Below, piece by piece: positions 1-15,644 of a stretch of DNA of 64,000 nt. Position 1 is the stretch's first letter. Every line of letters starts with the position of its first letter. Below the pieces are notes generated by a model. It searched no databases. It saw nothing but the letters and a program-made list of their open reading frames with translations, and was not told the origin of the DNA. The stretch lies in NCBI RefSeq assembly GCF_006345805.1, contig NC_043007.1, positions 49,724,001-49,788,000 on the forward strand. The letters are read 5' to 3'. Made by a program: the position numbers and the translations under genes. The stretch is from Octopus sinensis. Lineage: Eukaryota.

Positions 1-2239
1 GACAGTGCCCACATCTATGGAATTATTTACGTTTATATACGTTTACGTAGCCAATTTGGAAGAGTCTATATAGCGTCGAAAAAACAAAAATGACTCTTTA
101 CACTTTGAGTTCAAATCCCATAGGAATTAGCTTTTCCTTTGATCTTTAAGTAGTTGATAAATAAGACTCGACCCCAGTCTAAAGTTGGGGTTGGATTTTC
201 TTCTTATCTTCTCTGCTTCTTATATTCTCTCTGTCTCTTGAAGAAATCGACTGTCAACAAATTTGTAGAGTTTGTTGACTCTTGGACTTCACTAATAGTA
301 AAATTCCACGAGTAATTGTCTGTCATGACGGTGCCCCTAATACTCTATCAATAATGGGGCAAGACAAAGTGAGAAGTGTTTATATGCTTAAGCAATACCT
401 TTTCTTAACGTAAAACTCTTGTTTTGTTTGTGAGTATATTTCATTAGTCAAGATATGTTGGTACGTAGTACTGAATTGAAATACTATATTCTTCTGAAGA
501 TGTGGTGTCTCAATCCTGTTATGAGATTCCTTATCTAATTATCATTGCATAACATACCAGTATTCGCTAGTGAAATACGTGTAAAATTAAATAATTCATG
601 ACATTAAAACACTTAAACTCTTTTTGATTCTAGGCTAGTTGAAATATGTTTATCACGTACTTCAACTGCCAAAAGGCAAATACACTGCAGTTACGGCGGG
701 GAGAAAGTCTTTCTTATAGTAAAATGTGTAAAAATTCGTTCAGTGTCGCCATCTATTAGGAATTTCAGACATCGATATTTTGTGGGTTTTTTTTTTACTC
801 TTGTCAATGAGATGTACCTAAGAAAGGCAACTCTGAATGAAGTTAATGAAGTCGTAGCTTTATATATATTTCAGTTAACACGTTGACTAATTTGCGCCAG
901 TAGATCATCCGATCGAGGTAAACAACGAAGCGTTCGCGCAAAGCAGCATTTAGGTATGAGCAGAATTTAGGCTAATTGAAATATGTTTGTTATATATTTC
1001 AACTGCTAAAAGGCAAATTCACTGCAGTTACCGTGGAGAAAACATCACTCTTATGGTAAAAAGGTGTGAACATCTGCAAATGGTAAACATCGCAAAGATG
1101 TTCCTGGGTCTCACGAGGTTTCGGGCGTTTCAACATCAGATTGCTTCGCTCACTTTACCCAACCGAGATTGATTAAATCCAGCTTTCATCCCAGTTGCAG
1201 CAGCAAACCACTGAAGTTTCATTTTTATCCCAAGCTTCAGTGAAAAAATTTATTGCCCTCCTCATTGCTACGTTTGTAACTCCAAGCTTAGTTAGAGCGT
1301 TGCAGAATGAATGTCCCACAAAATTTTGACAGGCCACTTCTATTGCCTTGCACCAAACCTGACAGTCCCGATTTCTGCACTGTTCTACTAACTACTGGTA
1401 TTGGATAAATTTTCTCTTGTGATTTTTTTCATGTTACTCTCCTAGTGCAAGGTTAGCTCACACATGATAACCTATTTATTGGCATTTGAGATCCTCACGT
1501 CTAGGCGGAGTGTCGTTGGCATGATGTGGTCTGCGAACGTTAATCGTTCCACAGTAAGTTGCCAGTCTGAGGAGGAAATGTCATACTTTCTCTTTGATGC
1601 TTTCCAGTTTAGAGGATTTGAGAAGGAGTTCAAGCCTGAATGATTATCACCAGGTCTCTCCTCTATTCCTCTGCCACTTGCAACGCTTGGCAGCCCTCCA
1701 CTTCCTAGCTATGGTAGCTTCAATGTCATATCCTGCTTCTTTTGAGTCACAGAAATTACTCACTCACTCACTCACTCACTCACTCACTCACTCAATCACC
1801 CTCTCACTCACTCAATCACTCATCCATTCACTTGTGTGTGTGCGTGCGTGTATGTATGTATGTATCTTTCTATACACACAGAGAGGAAAAGACAAAGCGA
1901 GCGAGAAAAAAGGAGGGATAGTGAGTGAGAGGGAGGGAGAGAGAGATTTCTCGCACGAACACACACAATATACATACACTGGTGAATGGGATACTTTCCA
2001 AGACACAACGCGATGACATCGCCATGTAAATACCAATATATGTAAAAAAAGAAGAGAGTGTGGGACAGTGAAAAGAATGATGTTATATCCAATATTTAAA
2101 TGCAAGTATATACAAATGTAAACATGTTTTGAGAAAACTGATATGAGAAAATCAGGTCTTATTAAAGGAAATGGAGTATAATTTTTGTAAAGGTTAGTGG
2201 GATATGGGCTAAAACTTTTTCAGCTCTTCAGAACGAGGC

Positions 2240-2660
2240 AAAGACCATTCTATAACACGCCATCACTGATGGTGGGTTATAGAAAAAGAACTTATACAAG
2301 GCCAAGATCACAGATCCCAACGGAGTAGCAAAGACGTATATCGGAATGAAGGGAAACTGTTCAAAGAAAGGTACACACAACACCTGGTATCATTCAGAGA
2401 TATAAAATATTAAAAAAACACGCAACATCCCTATCAAGTAGGATAGGGACATTAAAAGAAGGTAGAATAAGTAACTCCTGCCCTAGATAAAATGGAGCAT
2501 CATTTCTAAAGCCAAGAAATACAGTGAACCAAATATGAACTGTGTATCACTGAAAAACTAAATATCATACAGTCAACAGATAACATCCTGAATATTAGGG
2601 ATGAAATATTCTCCCCTTGCATGCACAAACAATATTTCACACTTAAACAGTTCAGAAATG
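2240..2660 (+). mobile_element. Decayed Penelope-like element, GIY-YIG endonuclease 3' remnant
   Basis: Manual translation across frameshifts gives LYKAKITDPNGVAKTYIGM..FKERYTQHLVSF..IKWSIISKAKKY..EKLNIIQSTDNILNIRDEIFSPCMHK, matching the PLE endonuclease pattern YIG.T...FK.RY..H..SF...IKWSI...LN.R.E....C.H. Confidence 0.7.
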
Positions 2661-3435
2661 AACCATCACCTGTACTGGTAATCTCACTGAACGCAAAATT
2701 TGAATATACATAACACACGAAGTCCACACACCGAAGAAATATGGCACCACGGCGAAATACCACAGCACACAAGCTTACAAACATTACATACGCTCAGAAT
2801 ATAATTTAAGATGGGAAACGGCAGTTTACCCAAAAGTCAATCCCAAGAGAAATAACCACTCAAAAGATTCCATCCAAGAGTCGCGCCCCTTCATTTAATG
2901 CTTTCCTTACAAGAATCTCTGCGAATTCAACGAAATTTTTTTACTCAAAATGGAGACGAACACCATTCCTCCATGTGATCAGCTTGAAAAATTGATATGT
3001 TATTGAGATATTTTTTGTAGTTTTCTTAACATGAAACCAATGGTAGCCTTAATTCAGAAATAAGGAAGTTCTATCCACCAATGCGGTGTTGGACACTCAT
3101 TTTCATCATTCGACATTTACGTTTATACACACACACACACACACACACACATATATGTATATCAAAAGGATGTGTTATAATATTATTCCACAGTCATACC
3201 ACCAATCCAATCATACTATTCAACATATACAAAAAAAATCCAATATGCCACCATCATCAGCTGCCTCACGGATATTTGGGTTTCGACACCTGAGCAGTAC
3301 CATTCAGTCTGGAGAATATACATGTATATATACATACATATATACATACATGTACACACACACACACACATATGCATGTATGTATATACATACATACACA
3401 CGCACACATATATATACATACATATGTATACATGC

Positions 3436-3437
<2 letters not shown>

Positions 3438-3521
<84 letters not shown>
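3438..3521. repeat. (TA)n microsatellite, one of dozens of TA/CA/TACA/TATC/GATA tracts in the window
   Basis: Seen directly; such tracts explain the poly-IY, poly-HT/CV and poly-SIYL ORFs. Confidence 0.98.
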
Positions 3522-3522
<1 letters not shown>

Positions 3523-3837
3523 TTACTCCAAGAAACAGTAAATCTGATTAGCTGTAAATTGCTCTCATAATTAGAAATAACAACGAAGCAGTCCTCAGAG
3601 AGTGTCTGTGCAGTGAAGAGAAAAAGGAGGTCCTTAGGTGCACCCTGTTTCTTAAAACATGTCTTTATCAGCGGACTTTAGTGAAACCAATGGAAAACAA
3701 AAGATACCGCAGGAGACTAGAAACTTCCGGTCTCTACAGAACGATCAGCTAAGGTAAACAGATTATATATCACAAAGATGCAAGATGTATTTTTCGTTGT
3801 AGGGTATGTATGTGTTAGAAGGATGTGTCTGTTATTT

Positions 3838-3878
<41 letters not shown>

Positions 3879-3884
3879 TGGCTC

Positions 3885-3953
<69 letters not shown>

Positions 3954-4004
3954 TCCCACACACAGACACACACACATAGGCGTTATACACATGTATCCAT
4001 AGGC

Positions 4005-4163
4005 GGGGACGTAGGTGTGTGGTAAGAAGCTGGCTTCACAAACACATGCTTCTGGGTTCAGTCTCACTGCGTGGTACCTTGGGCAAGTGTTTTGTACTAT
4101 TTCCTCGGGCCGATCAAAACTTTGTGAGTGGAATTGGTAAATGAAAATTGAAAGAAGACCGTC

Positions 4164-4229
<66 letters not shown>

Positions 4230-4440
4230 GTATACATATATACATGCATGTGTGTTTTTGTGTCTGTGTTTGTCACCGCTTGACCACCGATGCTGCTGTG
4301 TCTGGGTGCCCGTCACTTAATGGTTCGGCAAAGAGATCAATAGAATAAGTACTAGAAATAACTCCTAGAGTCGATATGCTCAACTAGAAAAACCCTCAAG
4401 AAGATGCTCCAGCATGGCCACAGTCAATTGACTGAAATAA
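4005..4440 (+). mobile_element. tRNA-derived SINE with internal (TA)n tract
   Basis: Head with A-box-like GTGTGGTAAGAAG and B-box-like GGGTTCAGTCTC; related pieces on the minus strand near 8700-8830, 23450-23600 and 24180-24290. Confidence 0.6.
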
Positions 4441-4617
4441 AAAAATAAAAAATAGAATACAACAATTCACATTGCTTCTCCAGCTACACGCAGACTCTTA
4501 TAAAGTACATATACACAAACATACGTTAATATTTACACGTAAAAACGTGTGTGCACATCCGTCTATTCAAATGTATGAGTATATACATACATATATATAT
4601 GTATGCGTTTATATGTA

Positions 4618-4709
4618 TATCCTTTAGCCAAGTAACTCGTTATAAGATCTGGGCCTGAGGATTTCTCATTTGACAATTTCTGTAGAAATCTTTCCAGTTT
4701 TACGCCATG

Positions 4710-4710
<1 letters not shown>
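4618..4710 (-). mobile_element. Possible non-LTR retrotransposon fragment
   Basis: KLERFLQKLSNEKSSGPDLITSYLAKG resembles the KSPGPD motif upstream of LINE RT domains; very short. Confidence 0.3.
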
Positions 4711-4743
<33 letters not shown>

Positions 4744-5859
4744 TGTATGTATGTATGTATGTATGTATGTATGTATGAATCTATGTATGTATCTATGTAT
4801 ATGTGTAGAGACATATATATATATCCATTAACAGCATAATGACGTTGTGTTCATGACCCATATAATCACAGCATGTTTTATCTGACTGATTGGTTGATGA
4901 TTCGTATGAAGACCTTTAGATTGACACCAATAGAAAAGATACTAGAAGGAACAATTAATTGGCGTTCTTTCTTCTCTTCCTGTGAGAATTAGCAGCCAAA
5001 TTTCCCTCAGTTCAATCCGTATCGCCTTCAAAATTAAATTACATATTAAGTAATGTTGTTAAAATTCAATATGCCTTTAAAAAAAGCGTGTTCACTCTAG
5101 CCTTTGTTGACAGATCTGCTTGATTTAGTTGACCATAGATTTTCTAATAACAACAACAATTTGGACTAATGGAGTTGATTTCAGAAACCCGCAATACTAG
5201 AATGGCATCATGATATGAAATTTTTAGTATTTCTACTTGGTTCGGGTTGAAATATTTTAGGGATATTACCGAAGAATGACGAAACGATCGTATTCAGGGA
5301 GTTTATGTAGACAGAATGTCTCTCTCAATACTCCCAGTGTTTCCATCTAAATACTCCTCCCAATTCCGATATCGGTAAATGCTTTTCAGTATAAACATAA
5401 CATGATGAATAGTCTTCATATATATGCATCTATGAACAAGTAGAAAGCACCGCACTTTCGCTAACTATTTTGAATCAAGGTATGGATGCCATGACCTTAT
5501 GAATGTGAACCCAACATTCTAACCATTAGGACACCCACGATGGAAAATAAATAAAGGGTGGCACACCTAATATGGCGTCCGTTTTAACGCGCTTACCTGG
5601 TTCTCGAATGCTTTTAGCAGAACACATTCCGTTGTAAGCATTCAAGCTAGAATCCTATTCTGTGGAAAACATTCTTACTCTAGTCATGGAGATTGCTTTC
5701 TAAATATTATTTGAAGAGAAACATGACACAATGGCACCCTGTTCGTGTCCTTATATAATTTTTTATGCTATAGTTTGGCACCAGTACCTAATTATACAAC
5801 AACAATAAGGTAATATTGATTTCAAATTGTTGCACAAAACCAGAATTTTGGGGGTAACG

Positions 5860-6020
5860 GTCAAAACCAATTAGATCGACTCCAGTGCTCAACTGGGGTA
5901 CTCATTATATCATCCCCAAAAGGATGACAGGCAAAGTTGGCTACGGCGGAATTTGAACTCAGAGCATAAAGACGGACGAAATGCCACTAAGATGGTGAGC
6001 TAGCAGATTCGTTAGCATTT
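5860..6020 (-). mobile_element. SINE (abundant family, consensus ...gcagaatcgttagcacgccgggcgaaatgcttagcgg...gagttcaaattccgccgaggtcgactttgcctttcatcc...)
   Basis: Reverse-complement match to the many other copies in this window. Confidence 0.65.
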
Positions 6021-7664
6021 CGTTAGTTATGATGACAAAGTATGGTTTCCACGTTCAATCCAAGGAATACAGCTTCAAAAGTTTCTTCTTTCTCGATGTT
6101 TTATTCGGTAAATATCAATGTTTTTCTTTTAGTTGATCATTTGGTTTGTCTCTAGAACTGAAGTGAATTTGGAAGTATGAGGCTCCACCACAGCAGGGAG
6201 TCATAGTCAAGGTGGCTGAGAATTTATGTCTTTCAAGAAATAAACATATCCTCTTGCATGTCTGCTTCAAATATTCTTAGGTCCATCCGGTTAATCTTCC
6301 GCATAGTTTTGCCATTTTCCTAATATTCACAGGGAGCGATGAGTCATAACTTATAACGGTTCACAAGACTCTTGAGAATTTTAATGGATTGGCAGAATCG
6401 TAAGAACATTCGACAAAATAACATAAGGTATTTCACCCAACTCTCAACGTTCTGACAATTAACACCAAGCTAAACCTTGTATTTATTCTTCCGGGTTTGA
6501 TGAAATATAATATCGGTCATGTACTAGGGTTAGTTATATACATATACATATATGTATACATGTATACACACACACATTATATATATAAGTGACCTTCTCT
6601 GTCTACCTCTCCCTCTATATATATTTATATATATTAAAAAATCAAACTTCTTACCCTCCCACTCTACATATGCATGGATGTGTGTGAGTGTGCGTGTGTG
6701 TGCGTGTATATGTGTATGAATGTTATGTATGTATCGCTCTTACACAAATATACTCGAACAAGTATATAAAAAAAACTCATACATATTGTCACATGTAAGT
6801 TTATGCGCACGCCTATACATGTGTGCTTTTCTCTTTTAAGTGCAAATATACGCGGTTATCTGGATACCTACGTGGTAGACACTTAACAAGTTATTCACCG
6901 ATTTCTTGCTATCTACCGAAGTTATTTTGGTTGCTCGAGTAGAAAGTTTTTCGCGTTAAGTACAAGGAACAGAGACAAAGATTAATAGAAAGAGAAAGAA
7001 AGAGAGAGAGAGAGAAAGAGAGAGAGAGGGGGGAAAGAGAGGTATACAAAAATAAAAACAAAATAACAGTTCTTTAAAACATAAAGAGTCTTGTGTAAGT
7101 TTTAAAGACTTCTGTGAGCAGAATGCACCCTTCCGCCACCCTGGCCGATGCGAAAGTGTAGAATGATGAATACTCTCTGTATCTTTTACTTTTAGCTATG
7201 AATTCTTCCTTGCTTGTTGACATCTGAATGTTGCAGCTGTGAACGCGAGAGAGGCGACTGGAACAAACAAACAAATGTAATCTATTAAAAAAATAAATCA
7301 AAACAAAGAGGAGAGTTTTGATAAAAGTAAAAGAAAAAAACGATGAAAATATAGATAAATGATTAAAAATATTAAATAATAAAAATAAAAATAAAGGAAA
7401 CAAATACAGGATTTTATTTTTCATTTTTGCTATCATTTTCATATGCACTTCATTTCTTTCGTGCTGGAATCGTTGTAGAATATTAATATAAATTCATATT
7501 TCTTTCAAGCAAACTGATACACGATTCGAAAAATACTCTCATTGATAAGATTTAAAAAAACAAACAAAAGACAAAAACGAATAAAGTTATCCTTACTATC
7601 GTAGGATTAAGACTATAATTTGTTCGACTTAGGTATAAGAATTTCAAATTTTGGTAGAAATGCT

Positions 7665-8025
7665 GGAAGTGGACTAATCGATTACATCTACCCCAGGACT
7701 CAACTGGTACTTATTTTATCGACCACAGTACTCAAAGGGTACTTATTTTATTGACTCAAGGACTCAAATGGCATTTATTTCATCGACCCCAGTACTCAAA
7801 TGATACTTATTTTATCAACTCCAGGACTCAACTGGTATTTATTTCATCGACCCTAGTACTAAAATGTTACTATTTAATCAACTCCAGCGCTCAAATGGTA
7901 CTTATTTCATCTATCGAAAAAGGATGAAAAGCGAAGTCGATCTCGGTGGAACGTAAAGACAGACGAAATGCCGCTAAGCATTTTTTCCGGCGTGCTAACG
8001 ATTCTGCAAGCTCGCCGCCTCAATT
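7665..8025 (-). mobile_element. SINE copy with an internal 32-bp segment expanded 7 times
   Basis: Units start at 7696, 7728, 7760, 7792, 7824, 7856 and 7887 (g(g/t)actcaa.tggtacttattttatcgac); SINE body follows at 7915-8025. Confidence 0.75.
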
Positions 8026-8239
8026 CAACTTATATATAATATTGTTACTTGTGTTAATTAGAAGTCCATATACATAGATGAGCCTAATAAACTAATGAAG
8101 CGTTAAGGATCTTAGTGAATACTGTTGTGGTAAAAGTAGGGAGGAGGAGTGGAATTAGCAGAGCTCATCTTTCTCCGAACAGAGGAAGAAACTCACCAAA
8201 CAAAGTCCTTCTCATCAGGTATTAATAATGTCACAATAT

Positions 8240-8640
8240 AAGTCGGCTGTTGGCAGAGTCTTTAGCACACCAGGCAAAATGCTTAGCGGTACTTCGTCCG
8301 TCTTTACATTCTATGTTCAAATTCCGCCGAGTTCGGCTTTGTCTCTCATCCTTTCAAGGTCAATAAATAAGTACCAATCGAAAATTGGGATCAATATAAT
8401 CATAATAACCAAACTTGTGTCAATAACCGATCTCTTGCCAAAGTTTGAAACCAATATCGTCACAATATAAGGTAGCGAGCTGGTCGAATCATTAGAACGC
8501 CTGGAAAAATGCATGGCGTTCTGAGTTCAAACTCCGCCGGCGTCTAGTTTGCCTTTCATCCTTTCGGGTTCGATAAAAAAAAAAGTACCAGGTTTAATGA
8601 AGGTAAGTACTGGGATCGACTATAATTCTTCAAGGTTGTG
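8240..8640 (+). mobile_element. Two adjacent SINE copies
   Basis: ttggcagagtctttagcacaccaggcaaaatgcttagcgg.. at about 8250 and gagctggtcgaatcattagaacgcc..gagttcaaactccgccgg at about 8477. Confidence 0.65.
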
Positions 8641-9199
8641 CCCCGCTAAGTTATGCGGTGTGTGTGTAAGCTTGGGGGGGGGGGCAAACACAAACACACA
8701 CCCTCAGATACATATGTGTATATATGTATATACGATGGGCTTTTTTCAATTTCCACTCACAAAGGCTTTGTCCACCTGGGGCTATATGGAAGACACTTGC
8801 ACAAGGCGCCACACTGTGGGACTGAAATCGGAACCATGTGATTCTTACCACATAGCCACGATTGGACGGGATGTTGGTCTCTCACAGGATTATTCATTTT
8901 TTACCAGCTGAGTGGTCGGAGCAATATGAAATGAACTGTTTTGGACAAGAACAAAACGTGCCGCCCGGTTAAAGGGTCGAGGCTAAAATCATACGATCAT
9001 GAGTGCAAGAATCTAACTACTCAGCCTCCACACGTCTCCATATAGCATTATAGCATTACATCAATGTTGTTATATTATGAGTCTTTTCTTATATTAGTTT
9101 TATATTAATATTATTGTGTTATATTAGTGTTGTTAGTCTTTTCATTATTTAATAGTATAAATAAATAATAAAGAAATCGTTGTTATAATATTATTTAAA

Positions 9200-9630
9200 T
9201 CGGTGAACTGACAAAATCGTTAGCACACCGGATAAAATGGCGGGTGGCGTTTCTTCTCGTTTTACGTACTGAGTTCAAATGCCACCGAAATCGAATTTAA
9301 CTTTTATCCTTTCGAGGTCGACAAAATAAGTACCAATCGAGAACTAGCGTTAATGTAATCCACTAGGCACTTCTCCCAGGCCTCGTGCCTAAAGTAGATA
9401 ATATTATTATATAAATAAAACTCTTTTTGATATATTAGTTAAATATCAATATTGTATGTTGGTAGGTTTGTAGAAAAGTTAGTGGGTGGGACTAAAATGT
9501 TATGCGGTAACTTTTCCGGTCATTTACATTTTGGGTTAAATCTTTGCCATTCACCAAGTTTTACCTTCATCCTTTCGCAGTCAAAAAATGTCAATCGTAT
9601 TGCCCAACGTTCAAAACGTTTGGTCCTGTT
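9200..9630 (+). mobile_element. Two further diverged SINE copies
   Basis: gaactgacaaaatcgttagcacaccgg..gagttcaaatgccaccg..gtcgacaaaataagtacc, and a more decayed copy from about 9460. Confidence 0.55.
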
Positions 9631-9712
9631 CTAGTAATGTTAAAAACAATATTATATTGGTAATTTATAAATCAGGTGTTATAAGCTATAAGCTATAATT
9701 ATGAGCAAAAAT

Positions 9713-9850
9713 GAAGGCGCGTGGCCTAGTGGTTATGATGTTACGTTCATGACCGTAATGTTATGGGTTTGATTCCTCAACTGTGTAGCAGTCCTTGAGT
9801 AAGGTATTCTGTTTCTCTCTGCTTTAGTGTACTCAGCTGAAAATGAGTAC
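9713..9850 (+). mobile_element. tRNA-derived SINE head
   Basis: A-box TGGCCTAGTGG and B-box-like GGTTTGATTCC at tRNA spacing; no intact cloverleaf or 3' acceptor arm. Confidence 0.55.
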
Positions 9851-10619
9851 CAGCCAAGTGCGGTGCGTCCCTCTCTCCTTCTTGCGGTTTTTACTTCCCT
9901 TTCTCCCTCTAGTTCAATCCATGAGAGGGCTGAAGGAGTGTCTGTATTTGCTCGTAGCTAAAACAATTAGCAAAAGCATGGTACAAGCAATCAAGTTATA
10001 TTCGTTCGCGGTGACGGCTACAAAATCTTATATTAGAATTACATTAGTTTTTTTTAGTTTTGTATCATTATCTACTTTTCACCTGTGCAGATAAAACGGT
10101 ATGAAAGAACCTTGAGAAACTCTGTACGCGTTCGGACGGACTGTTAGAAATAGCTGCCAAATATCCATCGCATCACACTTGAATGCTTAAACTCTGGAAA
10201 GATAAGTATATGATGTGATAAATATCCTGTCTGAAAATAATAACACGCTATAGTGACACTACACCGACTCTACCAAGATGGACAACATAACAGTAATAAA
10301 TGAAAGTCAGGTCTTGTATAACAATAGTAAATGAATAATTAAATGTAATTATCATTTTAAAAATGTTTCAGGTTATGTCATGCAAGATGGGTGAAAGATA
10401 AAGTAAATATTTGACGTAAACTGAGAAAGATGTATTTTGAAACTAGAAACTGTAAAGCTTACGTAAATCTACTATCAACAATGACTACTCTTTGATAAAT
10501 CGTTCATATATCAAATCTAAATTATTGATGCAGTCCGAAATAAAAGTTACACCAGGGCTGGGAACATGAGGAGAACTCAGGTTCGAAACTTGTTAGCGAG
10601 GCAACTTCTGATTTAGACT

Positions 10620-11090
10620 CGTAAGATTAGATGACTCAACACTGCATGGTGGCGCATGTCTTGGTAATTGTACGGTGGTGACTTTGGGTAGAGAGATAGT
10701 GACTGAGTCAAGATAAAGTGCCGACGACTCTTATTTAGAGTTAGGGTTACTTAACTCAATGCAGAGTGATAATGACTTCATTTACTGCGGCATTGACTCA
10801 AGGTAGTGTGATGGCCATTTTAAGTAGAAAAACGCTGGTGACTCCAGGCAGAGTGCTAGTGATTATAGTTAGAGAGAACGCGTCTAGTTTAAAGTGCTGG
10901 TGACTCTTAGAAGAATGGTGCTGTATAGAGTGGTATTGGCTTAAGGTAGAGTGACGGTGAAACTAGTTAGAATGCCGTTGATTCTAGATGGAAAGGGCGA
11001 GTCTAGTTAGAGCACTGATGACTCTATTTAGAGACTGGTGATTGTAATAAGAGCGCTAATGACTTAAGTTAGAGAGAATGTCTCGTTAGA
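10620..11090. repeat. Degenerate ~21-bp minisatellite
   Basis: Recurrent agagtgctggtgactctagtt-like units, e.g. near 10838, 10859, 10899, 11018, 11038 and 11059. Confidence 0.55.
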
Positions 11091-12294
11091 GCGGCGTGTC
11101 GTTCTTATCTTGCTTTCTTATGTTGCTCTGATATTATAATTAAATGATTTAATTATGGACACTAAGCAGTGCCAGTGATAGAAAATGAACGTCTGTCTGT
11201 CGTCTGGTTGTTCTCTATTGTATTCACTCCGGTTGCTTTCACCCTATTCCAGTAATCAAATATAATTACAGGAGACTCCTGTTATGAAGGACAAAGGGTA
11301 TAATGTCCGAACATTCCTCCACCATATCTGTCTGTCTGTGTGTCCATCCGTATGTTTGTTCGTCAGTATATATATCTATGTATCTATTAGCTCTGCCTCT
11401 GCGTGTGTTTGTATAAGTATATATTTATGTGTATGTATATGAATATAAGAATGTATGTAGATATGGTACACAAGCACACACACACGCATACATGCACAAG
11501 CACGCACACACACAATCACATACAAACACACACACACACACGCACACGCACACATGCAGACACACACATACACACCAACACACATACTCACACACACTCA
11601 CACACATACACACCAATTTAGAGCCCTCGCTGACGCCCTTCATGCAGATGATTTGGTAGTGATTGTTGATAGAACCTTGCACTAAAACTGCACCGAACAT
11701 CTTCCATCATATCGACAATACGAGTGTAATGACCTTTCATGACCTTTCATGACCTTTCATGACCTATGTGTCTATACAACTCTTTAATGTGGATAGAAGT
11801 TGATTGGTCTGTCACAGATCAAAAGACAATTATATGAAGCAGAAAAAAACAAAACAAAACCTCACCTATAACACAGACATATACAATATACATACACAAG
11901 TATAAAGTCATACATAAACACAAGCACACACTTCAACACACATGCACACACGCACACAATCACACACACGAATATCTTCCTTAGTTTTTATGTTTTAGAG
12001 ACTATGGTTGTGAGATCGTATGAAATTTGTTTTTTATCGGTTGAATTAAAAAAAAAATTAAAACCTTATTTATATATATATATATATATACCCTTTCATT
12101 AAAGCTGCAGAAACATCACAAAACTGTTACTCAAAGTTTTATATTTCCGTTCGTCGGACAGTTGTGATCAAGACTGATATAAAATTGTAATCACAACTGT
12201 CCGAGGAATGGAAACGCAAAACTCTCAGGTATTCGAGTTGTTCGAGTACTATTTTTTCCACCTTGTTTCGCATATATGTAACATACTCGTGTAT

Positions 12295-12368
<74 letters not shown>

Positions 12369-12419
12369 AAAAAATCGGCAATAATAATAACAGCAACAAT
12401 AAAAATAATAATTATGATT

Positions 12420-12570
12420 CTACTACAGCCACTAGAGATGAAATTTTGATGACCTGATAGTATTAAAGGCGAAGTCGGCCCCGATGGCATTTGAATTCAG
12501 AGCATAAAAGGGGATGAAATGCTGCTAAGCATTTTGCCCAGCGTGCTAACAATTCTGCCAGCTCGCCTCC
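12420..12570 (-). mobile_element. SINE copy
   Basis: ctaagcattttgcccagcgtgctaacaattctgccagctcgcc is the reverse complement of the SINE 5' end. Confidence 0.7.
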
Positions 12571-12591
12571 TTAATAATAATAATAATAATG

Positions 12592-12647
<56 letters not shown>

Positions 12648-12648
<1 letters not shown>

Positions 12649-12890
12649 GCAAATATAAAGATCTTGAAATAGAAATCAGCAAAATGTGGAACCTGAAGAC
12701 TAAAACAATACCTGTTGTCATAGGTGCCCTGGGCATGATAGCGAAAGGGACTGATTGCTACTCAGATACCAGGAAACCCAAAAATGGCAGAAATTCAAAA
12801 GATAGTGCTCATGGGAACTGCTCATATCCTACGTAAAATACTCTCTATGTAATCTCAAGGTTTAAAACAAATTTTTTTTAAAAATTAATT
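12648..12890 (+). mobile_element. 3' end of an R4/Dong-like (RLE) non-LTR retrotransposon
   Basis: KYKDLEIEISKMWNLKTKTIPVVIGALGMI and, after a frameshift, IPGNPKMAEIQKIVLMGTAHILRKILSM*; starts directly after an (AAT)n tract. Confidence 0.75.
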
Positions 12891-13029
12891 TATTAGACAT
12901 TCACTATTACAACACAAAAAAACCCCAAATATATGGCACACGACGTGAATTCCCAACCTGTTGTCTCTTGAAGTTTCTGGGTGAGACTTGGAGCCAACTT
13001 GCACAAACATAAAGCAAAAGTCAAACATA

Positions 13030-15043
<2,014 letters not shown>

Positions 15044-15047
<4 letters not shown>

Positions 15048-15579
15048 GCCCTGATGCAGTACCAGACAGTGGCTCTCATGGCTTCTGATCTTAACTGATT
15101 GGAAGTGTTATCATATGCATTTTTTTCTCTCGGTATAAAAGATGGGCTACAGCAAATATTCTGCTCAGTACCACAAATTTGCTTGTCAGTTGCTTGACCT
15201 TAACCAGTTGACCATGTCCCTTAGTGGCTGACGATATGTGCATCTCTGACCATGAGCAGAAGTAGTGGGGGAGCATCATAGCCGTGTGTTGAAAGGAATT
15301 CTTAGAGGTTTGGATAATTCACCTTTAGAAACATGGGTGATTCGTTCAACATCCTTAAGCAATCCGTATTCAAGGACCTTTTGAGCGAGATGGGCTACTC
15401 GAGCAGAGGAAAATTCTAACTGGGCTCCACCTGCAAGGTCATGCGCTGTTGTTGCGCACATATCGTTGTGATGCATGTGCCTGGTGTACCCTTATCAGAT
15501 GGGTAGCCATGATGGGCATACTGGGCTTCGTATATTTTACCCCAGTGTCACTTTGATGACATGCACTGCTCTCTCACTC

Positions 15580-15580
<1 letters not shown>
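15044..15580 (+). mobile_element. ~545-bp AAT-flanked repeat, copy 2
   Basis: Colinear with 13435-13980, same termini. Confidence 0.75.
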
Positions 15581-15641
<61 letters not shown>

Positions 15642-15644
15642 TAG

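Noticed and set aside
5265-5300. Hammerhead-like CCGAAGA..GAAAC-GATC-GTA
   Set aside because: No stem II and no stem I pairing.
9713-9790. Functional tRNA gene
   Set aside because: A and B boxes only; no consistent cloverleaf; continues into a SINE body.
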